Source: a bacterium
GTDB lineage: Bacteria > Patescibacteriota > Patescibacteriia > Patescibacteriales > UBA12465
Length of the DNA: 64,000 nucleotides
Direction of reading: 5' to 3'
Assembly: GCA_030696105.1 (NCBI GenBank)
Contig: JAUYNJ010000004.1
Span: forward strand, 141,872-205,871
Every line of letters begins with the position of its first letter. Position 1 is the stretch's first letter. This document shows positions 37,987 to 46,230 of the stretch, piece by piece. The notes beneath the pieces are model-generated. The model worked only from the letters and a program-made list of their open reading frames with translations. It was not told the origin of the DNA and ran no database searches. A program made the translations under genes and the position numbers.

Positions 37987-38964
37987 TTATTTATGCGCGC
38001 GGTTATCAACCTCGTAGTTTGTATTCTGTGTTTCGAAGAAATTGACGAGCTGCAAAGTGTCGGTTTCCGTCGCCATCCACTGAGCCGGATTTACATCATT
38101 ATAATGTGGTTCAAAGCCGAGTTCTTCCAAACGGCGGTCAGCGATGTAGCGGACATACTGATTAACGTAATCGGCATTTAAACCTAAAATGCCCCGAGGG
38201 AACATGTCATTATTATAAGCGACCTCCATCTCTACCGCCTCAATCACCATGTTCTTTATTTCCGCTGCAAATTCAGGAGTGCTCAAATCATCATTCTCTT
38301 CAAGAATTGTCAGAATGAGATTAATACCGAATTTTAAATGCAAGCTCTCATCGCGCACCACCCAGTCAATCATTGAGGCGAAATTCTTGAGCTGCTGCTT
38401 CTGACGAAATGATAGTGCGACCATAAAACCGCTATAGAACCAAATGCCTTCCATCACGATGTTATAGGCAATTAAATTACGCACAAAATCTTTCTTGCCC
38501 TCCAGTGTTTCAATATCCATCTGCTCAGACATACGGAGGGTGAATTTGGTAATATAATCTTCCTTCGCCTTAATTGAAGACGTCTCGCGATGACGCTTAA
38601 AAATTAATTCCCGGTCGAGTGGGAAAGTCTCGAGTACGTACTCAAAGGCCATCGAGTGATTTGCCTCCTCCCACATTTGTTTCGCGAGGTAAAGATGTGT
38701 TTCCGGGGCCTTTAAATATGGATAGACACCGAGAGCGAGTGAACGATTAACAATCAGCTCGGCTGGATTGAAAAAGCTCATTAAGAATGAGACGGCGTGA
38801 CGTTCATCCTCACTCATCTTCTTAAAGTCTTCAAGGTCTTCACCTAAAGATATTTCGTGCGGGAACCAGGTATTGGCTACCGCCTGATTATATAAGTCAT
38901 AGGCCCACTGATATTTAATCGGGCGCAGTTGCATGTCTTCGTTTAAGGGTCTTCCTAAAATCAT
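37987..38964 (-). CDS. nrdB: Ribonucleotide reductase small subunit, class Ic-like (Phe at the radical-Tyr position)
   Basis: 325 aa. Metal ligands FFNPAE (E69), EEANH (E100/H103), VMEG, RDESLH. H+4 is F107 (HSMAF), where class Ia has Tyr. Confidence 0.85.
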   Translation of the reverse strand: MILGRPLNEDMQLRPIKYQWAYDLYNQAVANTWFPHEISLGEDLEDFKKMSEDERHAVSFLMSFFNPAELIVNRSLALGVYPYLKAPETHLYLAKQMWEEANHSMAFEYVLETFPLDRELIFKRHRETSSIKAKEDYITKFTLRMSEQMDIETLEGKKDFVRNLIAYNIVMEGIWFYSGFMVALSFRQKQQLKNFASMIDWVVRDESLHLKFGINLILTILEENDDLSTPEFAAEIKNMVIEAVEMEVAYNNDMFPRGILGLNADYVNQYVRYIADRRLEELGFEPHYNDVNPAQWMATETDTLQLVNFFETQNTNYEVDNRAHK

Positions 38965-38995
38965 ATGTATTGTTATTTAAGTATTTGTAATTATT

Positions 38996-41455
38996 TTACT
39001 GACAACTGTCACACTGGGCACGCTCTTGGGGGTCAACCGGGCAGGCTACGTGAGCAGTCTCTACCGGAGCGGCCGTCGGAGCAACGGCAGCCGCAGTCGC
39101 CATCGCGGCACCGAAACCCTTTTTGCCTAAGGCGTTACTCTTATTCACCTTTAAGGTGCTCTGCTCTGCATTATGGCGCGGTTTCATGTGAAGATAATAT
39201 GTTGTCTTTAAGCCTTGCTGCCAAGCACGGATATAGATACCCATAATTTCGTCGGTATCGCGGGTCTCAAGATACATGTTACGACTAATCGCCTGATCAA
39301 CCCATTTCTGTGCGCGCGCAGCAACCTCAACGAAGCCTTCCGGTTTCACTGAAAATGAATCTTTATACATTGCCTTTAGCTCAGCCGGAATTTTCTCAAT
39401 TGATTCCAGATTGCCATAGGAAGCTAAAATATCGCCCTTCACTTCATCCCAAATGCCAAGTTTTTCTAACTCAACCACTAAGTTGAAATTCAATTCTAAA
39501 TATTTTCCACCTAAAGTATTGCGACTAAATATTTGCGCAAAGCGTGGATCAATTCCAGTTGAGGTGCCGGCGACCAGGCCAATATTCGCGGTTGGGGCGA
39601 TGGCAAGAAGAGTTGCGTTACGCATGCCCTGTTTAACGCGGGCACGCAAAGCCTCCCAGTCAAGCTTGAAGCTGCGGTCAACTAACACTCTTTCGCCACG
39701 CTCCTTCTCTAAAATATCAATAGTGTCATAGGGGACGTATCCCTTTGACCAGCCCGAGCCCGCAAAATTATCATATTCACCACGCTCGACTGCTAGGTCG
39801 GCACTCGCGGAAATAGCGTGATAGGAAACAAATTCCATCACTTCGTCAGCGAGATTATAGGCTTCCGGACTGTCATAAGCAAAACCGCGACGTTCAAAAA
39901 TTTCAGCTAGACCCATCACGCCTAAGCCTATAGCGCGATTATGACTATCAAAATTTATAGCCTCAGCGACTGGCGGTTCGTTGATGTCGACAAGATTGTC
40001 GAGCTGACGTATGCCGAGCGTGACGCTGTCTTTTAACTTCTCCCAATCAACACTGCTGTCAGTGTTTAGATGTCGGGCGAGATTAATAGACATAATATTG
40101 CAGACCGCAATATTCTTCTCGTTGACCGGCAAAGTGATTTCGGTGCAGAGATTTGAACCATTAATCGTGCCGGTATTATTATTTAAGGCGCGCACATTAA
40201 TTGTGTCTTTCCAAGTAATCCAAGGGTGAGAAGCCGCCTGCAAGGAAACAATGATGCTGCGAAACTGCTCACGTGCTTTCATCTTTTTAAATATTCTCAT
40301 CTTCCCTGCTTCTGCGAGAGCCACATACTCCTGATATCTTTTACTAAACTGAGCCCCATATAAATCAATGAGGTCTGGTGTTTCTTTTGGATCAAACAAA
40401 TACCAGAAGTCATCGGCTTCAACGCGCTTCATAAATTCATCAGAAATATAAACGGCTGTATCGGCGGTGCGGGTGCGACGATAGTCATCACCTGCATTCT
40501 GTTTTAAATCCATATACTCCTGAAAATCGAGGTGCCAGTTTTCCATGTAAAAACAAAGGGCACCCATTTTCTTGCCGGCGCGGGAAATCGCGCGGATAGC
40601 GGAGTCAATGATGTGCAAAAAAGGAATTGGCCCAGAGGAAAAAGTATTGTTTGTGCTAATCGGTGAACCGCTCGCACGCAATTTTGTCACTGACAAGCCA
40701 ATGCCGCCAGTCGCTTTTGATAGTTTTAAAACATCAGAAACAGTTTTACCGATATGATCAACATTATCCTCCATGCCCATCAAAAAACAATTCGATAAGC
40801 GTGATTTCACGGCACCAGCATTAATATTTGTTGAGCCGCCAGGAATATACTCAAGCGCGGACATCTTTTCATAAAAGCTAATTGCCACCTCGTTTGGCTC
40901 AGCTTCGTTCCAAGCGAGGCCCATCGCCACCCGCATCCAAATATACTGTGGCACTTCCATTAAGTGCTGTGCTTCGGCACGTAAAGCGTAGCGACGCATC
41001 AGCGTGGAGATGCCGGTATTAGTGAATAACAAATCATTTTCTGGCCTTAAGGCTGCAGCGAGTCGCGTCCAATCATAACGGCGCATTTTTTCAGACAATA
41101 AGCCCCCCTTAATGCCGTTTTCAAGATATTCGGCAAAACGAACGCGCATCATCGAACCGGCTGACTCAAAGTCATCGGTGCCAAGCACTTCGCGATAGAC
41201 GGCAAGCAGCTGCAAGCGGGCAGCCAGACGATCATAGGCAATGTCATCTTTGATGTTTTGTGCGGCCGCCTGAATAAGGGCCTTGTCAATCTCCTGTTCA
41301 CTGATGCCATCATAAAAAGCAAGAGTCGCTTCTTTAAGGAGGCGCTCGCCGTATTTTTCCAAACCGTCAGCTAAGGCCGGTTTAGCTCTCTCCGCTAAGT
41401 TATCTTTACCCTCCGCAATTGTTAAGGATGCGGCTTTCATTGTGTTCGTAGACAT
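38996..41455 (-). CDS. nrdA: Ribonucleotide reductase large subunit (class I), no ATP-cone
   Basis: 819 aa. SNCFLMGMEDN, GSNLCTEITLP, and a C-terminal CDSC shuttle pair. The N-terminus lacks the VxKRDG-type ATP-cone. Confidence 0.9.
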   Translation of the reverse strand: MSTNTMKAASLTIAEGKDNLAERAKPALADGLEKYGERLLKEATLAFYDGISEQEIDKALIQAAAQNIKDDIAYDRLAARLQLLAVYREVLGTDDFESAGSMMRVRFAEYLENGIKGGLLSEKMRRYDWTRLAAALRPENDLLFTNTGISTLMRRYALRAEAQHLMEVPQYIWMRVAMGLAWNEAEPNEVAISFYEKMSALEYIPGGSTNINAGAVKSRLSNCFLMGMEDNVDHIGKTVSDVLKLSKATGGIGLSVTKLRASGSPISTNNTFSSGPIPFLHIIDSAIRAISRAGKKMGALCFYMENWHLDFQEYMDLKQNAGDDYRRTRTADTAVYISDEFMKRVEADDFWYLFDPKETPDLIDLYGAQFSKRYQEYVALAEAGKMRIFKKMKAREQFRSIIVSLQAASHPWITWKDTINVRALNNNTGTINGSNLCTEITLPVNEKNIAVCNIMSINLARHLNTDSSVDWEKLKDSVTLGIRQLDNLVDINEPPVAEAINFDSHNRAIGLGVMGLAEIFERRGFAYDSPEAYNLADEVMEFVSYHAISASADLAVERGEYDNFAGSGWSKGYVPYDTIDILEKERGERVLVDRSFKLDWEALRARVKQGMRNATLLAIAPTANIGLVAGTSTGIDPRFAQIFSRNTLGGKYLELNFNLVVELEKLGIWDEVKGDILASYGNLESIEKIPAELKAMYKDSFSVKPEGFVEVAARAQKWVDQAISRNMYLETRDTDEIMGIYIRAWQQGLKTTYYLHMKPRHNAEQSTLKVNKSNALGKKGFGAAMATAAAVAPTAAPVETAHVACPVDPQERAQCDSCQ

Positions 41456-41486
41456 AGTATATGCGAAATAGTTTATAATTACCCTG

Positions 41487-41535
41487 CTACCATATGTGGT
41501 ATATCGAGGCTGAAGTATTATACCATATATTGATA
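41487..41535. promoter_or_regulatory. Two palindromic NrdR-box-like sites upstream of nrdA
   Basis: cTACCATATGTGGTAt (perfect 14-bp palindrome, 41488-41501) and aTACCATATATTGATa (41520-41535). Centres are 33 bp apart, 30-80 bp upstream of the nrdA ATG. Confidence 0.35.
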
Positions 41536-41588
41536 ATCGTCACAAGACGCAAAAGTGGCGGAAAAACATACTGATAAATTTATAAAAA

Positions 41589-41622
41589 ATAGCCTCGAAT
41601 TGTTTACACAATTCGAGGCTAT
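41589..41622. terminator. 14-bp perfect hairpin with flanking A- and T-runs (bidirectional terminator)
   Basis: aaaaaATAGCCTCGAATTG-tttaca-CAATTCGAGGCTATttttt. Confidence 0.65.
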
Positions 41623-41878
41623 TTTTTATAAATTACCGTAAATTATCCAAAATAACTCAAAAATGTTCGAACCACTTTCGAACTTAAAATATGTCTAATA
41701 TTAAAACAAAAACAGGCCTTAAAAGCCTGATTTTGTGTTTTGCTCGGAGTCGTGGACGAAGTTCGAAATAGTGTGGCTAAGATTAGATGAGAATTTAGGG
41801 TATAATCCAGTGAATATTTTCGATAACTAACAATCACGAGCCTTTATATCTAAAATCATTAATATAGTTAATATAAAA

Positions 41879-41909
41879 CAAAAAAACAGACGCCATTCAC
41901 GGCGTCTGT
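41879..41909 (-). terminator. Terminator directly after hpf
   Basis: ACAGACGCC-attcac-GGCGTCTGT. The minus strand is followed by a T-run (plus-strand A-run 41879-41885). Confidence 0.7.
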
Positions 41910-41925
41910 CTTACTTTTTTCCAAA

Positions 41926-42315
41926 TTAATATGCCATCACTTTGCTAGCTGCTTGTTTCCGTCGCTTCAAGTCGCGCACCTTTTCACGTTTACTAACAAT
42001 GACTTCAACCAGATGATCTTTAACCTTATCAATTGCTTTAAAGAGATCAGAAGCGGTCTTCTCTACCCTGAGGACTTCGCGTGGTATGCGTAAGTTTATT
42101 TCAGCGCGATAAATATCACCTTTATTCTGCCCACCAACAGATTTCCCAATTTCAACATCACAATTAACAACCGCTGTTTTCCCTAAATACTTGTCCAACA
42201 TGTCAACCTTTTCCTGAACATAATCACGAACACGGTCGTCGATCTCAACCTGGGTAGCTTTGAGCTTCATCTTCATATTGTTCAAGGCAGATGACGCCGA
42301 CTGTATGAGACTCAA
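41926..42315 (-). CDS. hpf: Ribosome hibernation factor (HPF/RaiA family, short form)
   Basis: MKLKATQVEIDDRVRDYVQEKVDMLDKYL...YRAEINLRIP...ASDLFKAIDKVKDHL. The true start is probably MKMKLK (42276). Confidence 0.85.
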   Translation of the reverse strand: MSLIQSASSALNNMKMKLKATQVEIDDRVRDYVQEKVDMLDKYLGKTAVVNCDVEIGKSVGGQNKGDIYRAEINLRIPREVLRVEKTASDLFKAIDKVKDHLVEVIVSKREKVRDLKRRKQAASKVMAY

Positions 42316-42365
42316 ACAGGAACGCCTCTAGCCTGTTAATTTTCAAACAACTAACACCTATATCT

Positions 42366-43508
42366 CTAGAATAAACGGATTATATCTTTATAGGTGACGA
42401 AAATAATGAGTAACATTAATAACCAGAAACCAACGGTGTGGACAATCGCTTCCACTGACTGACGGACCGGTCGGCCGATAAATTTTTCAATCAATAAGAA
42501 GAGTAGACGTCCACCGTCGAGAGCAGGAAAAGGCAATATATTTATCAAGGCGAGGTTAAGTGACAATAAGGCCATAAACTGCAGAAGGTAAGCGAAACCG
42601 AGGCTAGCAACCTGTCCGGTAAGAGTCGCGATACCGACTGGCCCTGCGACCTGTCCTTCAGCACCCATGCCCATAAATAAGCCCTTAATCAGGCCCCAGA
42701 AGGCGAGAATGATGCTCCAGAACATAAGCCCGGTCATCTTGATGCCCTCCCAAATAGCGGTAAAGAAGGGATATTGCACAGTGCCTGAACTATAGACCGA
42801 TACGCCAATGCCGGCATTGCCGGTAGCCGTCATCGGTTCGGGAACAATCGTAACTTCTTTCACAGTTTCGCCGCTTGTAACTAAGAACTGAGTATCTTGG
42901 CCCCGGTTGGCGGCGACTAATGCCTGTAAACTTTCGTGACTGTCGACTGCCTCCCCATTCACGGCCGAAATAATATCGCCCGGCTGTAATCCAGCCCTTT
43001 CTGCCGGTGAATCTGAAATGGTTTCAACGATGACGACCTCCGCTTTAGTAATACGGGCAGATGGGCCCGCCTCTTCCAGAGAGCTCGGCATGCCAATCAT
43101 ATAACCAGCCGACAGAAATATAGCGGCTAAAACTATGTTCATTACAACGCCAGCCGCTAAGATTACGGCGCGTTTCCATAAGGATTTAGAAGCGAAGCTG
43201 TCAGGATCAAGCTTGCCATCACCATTTTCACCCTTAATGCGGACAAAGCCACCAATGGGTAGCCAATTTAAAGAATATATAGTCCCAGCGGGTTCTTGCC
43301 CCACCGGCAAATCTTCAACGGTTTTGCTACCAACCAGGCGACGCCACTTACCGCTAATGTCTTTATAAAAACCGATGGCGCGTGGCGGAAAGCCGAAACC
43401 GAATTCCTCCGCTTTAACACCGAGGCGACGAGCAGTCCAAAAATGTCCAAGTTCATGACCGAATACTAATACGGACAATACAGCGATAAATATTAAAGCA
43501 GTAATCAT
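42366..43508 (-). CDS. rseP: Site-2 (M50) intramembrane zinc protease with PDZ domain
   Basis: 380 aa. HELGHFWTARRLGV at the N-terminus, PDZ-like PAERAGLQPGDIISAVNG, and NILPFPALDGG. Confidence 0.9.
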   Translation of the reverse strand: MITALIFIAVLSVLVFGHELGHFWTARRLGVKAEEFGFGFPPRAIGFYKDISGKWRRLVGSKTVEDLPVGQEPAGTIYSLNWLPIGGFVRIKGENGDGKLDPDSFASKSLWKRAVILAAGVVMNIVLAAIFLSAGYMIGMPSSLEEAGPSARITKAEVVIVETISDSPAERAGLQPGDIISAVNGEAVDSHESLQALVAANRGQDTQFLVTSGETVKEVTIVPEPMTATGNAGIGVSVYSSGTVQYPFFTAIWEGIKMTGLMFWSIILAFWGLIKGLFMGMGAEGQVAGPVGIATLTGQVASLGFAYLLQFMALLSLNLALINILPFPALDGGRLLFLLIEKFIGRPVRQSVEAIVHTVGFWLLMLLIIFVTYKDIIRLF

Positions 43509-43523
43509 AATGTAATAATTTGT

Positions 43524-44078
43524 TTATATGTCCATCACATCCTTCTCTTTTCTGTCTCTTAACTCTTTTAACTCCTCATTTTTCTTGGCAACAAAGTCAT
43601 CAAGCTCCTTCATCGCGCGAAAACGTTCATCTTCCGAGATTTCTTTCTCAGTCATCGCTTTTTCAATCATGTTTTTCACGTCTTCACGTTTCTGGCGCAA
43701 ATTGATACGGGCCTTCTCCATTTTTTCATTCAATTTCTTCACCGTCTCACGTCGATTCTCTTCAGTTAAGGCGGGCACAGTTAGGCGCACTTTGTCGCCT
43801 TCATTCATTACCCCTAAACCAAGATCGGCTTCAATAATTGCCTTTTCAATTGCTTTAGAGACTGTTTTATCCCAAGGAGCAATGCTGATGCTGCGAGCGT
43901 CAGATACAGAAATGTTCGCGACCGCATTAAGGGCATTCATAACGCCATAAGCTTCAACTTGAATATTGTCGAGCACAGCCGGGTTCGCGCGCCCAGTGCG
44001 TAAAGAAGCGATGTCGCGACGAAAGAAATCAACCGTAGCTTCAAAATCAGCCTGTTTTGTACTTAGAAAATCATTCAT
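43524..44078 (-). CDS. frr: Ribosome recycling factor
   Basis: 184 aa. FRRDIASLRTGRANPAVLDNIQVEAYG...LTEENRRETVK. Confidence 0.95.
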   Translation of the reverse strand: MNDFLSTKQADFEATVDFFRRDIASLRTGRANPAVLDNIQVEAYGVMNALNAVANISVSDARSISIAPWDKTVSKAIEKAIIEADLGLGVMNEGDKVRLTVPALTEENRRETVKKLNEKMEKARINLRQKREDVKNMIEKAMTEKEISEDERFRAMKELDDFVAKKNEELKELRDRKEKDVMDI

Positions 44079-44095
44079 ATATTTATGTTTAGTAA

Positions 44096-45214
44096 TTATT
44101 TTTCGAGCTTAAAGGTTCCCATGTACATGATATTGGGGTTATTGAAATCAACGAGCAAATCGGAGCCGGCGCGAGTCGTCGGCAACTTCTTGCTGGTCCA
44201 GGTAACCCCGCCATCAAGAGAACGGAAGAAAGTAGTATTAGTAACATAGAATAACTCCTTTGAGTTCTTCGGATTGACCGCCACCGCGTTAATGATAGCG
44301 TCTTTTTCGGGAGTAATCAACTTGATATTTTCCCAAGTAATTCCCTTGTCCGCTGAGCGTACAATTGCCTTATCTGTCGCTAAAAATAGAGTGCCGTCAG
44401 TCGCGCAGGTCACAAGGTCACGGAAGTTATTGCCTAATTTAAAGTCCTTTAAAACGATGCCGATATCCTCCCAGTCTTCCACCGCAAAGTTCTGCTCAAT
44501 GTTCCCAGAAGTGTCGGGATTGGTAACGGTGTTTGTTTTAAAGCGATATATATTATTACGCGTCGTTGCGATAAATATTTGACGACTATCTTGCGGTGAC
44601 ACAATGATGCGCGCAATTGGCGCCTCAATGCGTTGAATTGTCCGCCAGGAAATACCGTGATCAATACTCTTTATCACATCACCGCGCGAAGTACCGATAT
44701 AGACGTTATCGCTGTTGTAGTGATCGATGGAGATGGCCGTAACGGTAACACCGGGATTATTATCATAATAAACTTGATGCCAGCCGCGTCCGCAATCGTC
44801 AGAGCGATATAAACGGTTTAAAGTCGCTGCAAAAATTACGCATTTGTTCTTCGGGTCAACCTTCACATCCCGAATCGTTGCTTGACCGAGACCTGACACG
44901 TGATTCCAGCCGTTATTAACGTTATAGGTATAGAATAGTCCACGCTCAGCCGTAGCGAGATACACTGCTGTCGATTCTTGCGGGTCAGAAGTGAGGGTAA
45001 TAATGTTGGTAGTGGCAATATTCTGTGGCCGGCCAGTCACGGTCGGAATGAGCGACATCTGCTGCCAGTTCACTCCTTGATCAGCACTAATCCAGACGCC
45101 GCCGTCAGTAGCGGTGCCAACACTAGTTTTGCCACCAGAGCCAATGGAAATTGAACAGCCAGTTAAGGCGAAGCCGGCAACGAGTAGGAGAATTAATAGT
45201 TTTGATTTATGCAT
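44096..45214 (-). CDS. Lipoprotein with BNR/Asp-box beta-propeller repeats (Ycf48/sortilin-like)
   Basis: 372 aa. Lipobox LTGC. Five Asp-boxes: SADQGVNW, SDDCGRGW, SIDHGISW, SADKGITW, SLDGGVTW. Confidence 0.7.
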   Translation of the reverse strand: MHKSKLLILLLVAGFALTGCSISIGSGGKTSVGTATDGGVWISADQGVNWQQMSLIPTVTGRPQNIATTNIITLTSDPQESTAVYLATAERGLFYTYNVNNGWNHVSGLGQATIRDVKVDPKNKCVIFAATLNRLYRSDDCGRGWHQVYYDNNPGVTVTAISIDHYNSDNVYIGTSRGDVIKSIDHGISWRTIQRIEAPIARIIVSPQDSRQIFIATTRNNIYRFKTNTVTNPDTSGNIEQNFAVEDWEDIGIVLKDFKLGNNFRDLVTCATDGTLFLATDKAIVRSADKGITWENIKLITPEKDAIINAVAVNPKNSKELFYVTNTTFFRSLDGGVTWTSKKLPTTRAGSDLLVDFNNPNIMYMGTFKLEK

Positions 45215-45219
45215 AAAGT

Positions 45220-46230
45220 TTAAAAATATAAGGCTAAACTTTCTAAAATATTTTTGGGGTTCACATTTCCTCTAATATACTCGCGTGCTTGCTGTAATTG
45301 CTTCAGATTGAATACTGCCCTTCTCATTGCCCCCGCCTCCTCTTCTGCAATGAGCATCTTTTTCCATTTTTCCTGCAGAGCGGGATACTGCAGTCTGTCC
45401 TCTTGTCCGAGCGAGATGAGTAAGGCGTCTCGCCAGAGACTTTCAAAAGTATCAATCCAGTGAAGAGCTGTCGCCGCATCCAAACTACTATCAGTTCCAG
45501 CTTCACTAATTAAGCTCAGGCGTTTACTCAAATCACTTTCAATGAATGTAAATAAATTTTCAACAGTCGCTTGATGTTCTTTATATAAAGCCGGATTCTC
45601 TGCCCACCATTTAGCCTGCAAGGGTCGACCAAGAGCGGCGGCGGCCATTTCCTTGGCTGTAGAGCGTTTCAGCTCTAGAGTCGAAAGCAAGAAGTCATAG
45701 ACTGACTCCGGGCCAACAGGATAAAAGAATAGTATTTGTGAGCGCGAACTAATTGTCGGCATTAAACGGCTGACATCATCAACTAGCAAAATAATTACAA
45801 CCTTTTCCCGCGGTTCTTCTAAAGTTTTCAGTAAGGCGTTTTGTGCTTCCGTTGATAAGAGCTCCGCTTCTTTTATGATACCGATTTTATAGGAATTAAG
45901 GAATGAGCTTAAGCCCAGTCGTTTGTTAAATTCACGAGCTTGTTCGACGCTAATTTGTTTTTTCTCAGGGTCACGCTCCAAAATATATAAATCCGAATCA
46001 AGCCCACCGAGATTACTATTCGCTTCCGCTTCCCCGCCATCAAGGCGCCAGAGATTACGAGCGAAAGCTAAAGCTAAGGTCGCCTTACCTAAATCGCGTG
46101 GCCCACTAAAAATATAGGTCTGCGCCGGCTTACCCGAAAGCAAGCTTTTTTCTAAGAAAGCGGAAGCACGATCCTGTCCAATCGCCGGCCAAACAAATTG
46201 TGTCTTCGCATCACCCATATTATTGTCCAA
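45220..46230 (-). CDS. holB: DNA polymerase III delta-prime subunit
   Basis: 336 aa. YIFSGPRDLGKATLALAFA, AQNALLKTLEEP, SRSQILFF. Confidence 0.8.
   Translation of the reverse strand: MDNNMGDAKTQFVWPAIGQDRASAFLEKSLLSGKPAQTYIFSGPRDLGKATLALAFARNLWRLDGGEAEANSNLGGLDSDLYILERDPEKKQISVEQAREFNKRLGLSSFLNSYKIGIIKEAELLSTEAQNALLKTLEEPREKVVIILLVDDVSRLMPTISSRSQILFFYPVGPESVYDFLLSTLELKRSTAKEMAAAALGRPLQAKWWAENPALYKEHQATVENLFTFIESDLSKRLSLISEAGTDSSLDAATALHWIDTFESLWRDALLISLGQEDRLQYPALQEKWKKMLIAEEEAGAMRRAVFNLKQLQQAREYIRGNVNPKNILESLALYF

Noticed and set aside
41664-41682. GTTCGAA-containing stem as a tRNA T-arm.
   Set aside because: Flanking sequence cannot form acceptor, D or anticodon arms on either strand.
41643-41837. 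64-aa minus-strand ORF between hpf and nrdA.
   Set aside because: It reads straight through hairpin and terminator structures. It has an odd composition and no start context, so I treat the region as noncoding.
43528-43950. 140-aa plus-strand ORF antisense to frr. Similar antisense ORFs occur at 29915-30439, 18114-18449, 24080-24379, 35569-35877, 38965-39246, 53623-53982 and 55786-56130.
   Set aside because: They are low-complexity Ser/Phe/Leu/Arg-rich translations entirely inside strongly supported genes on the other strand. These are typical shadow ORFs.
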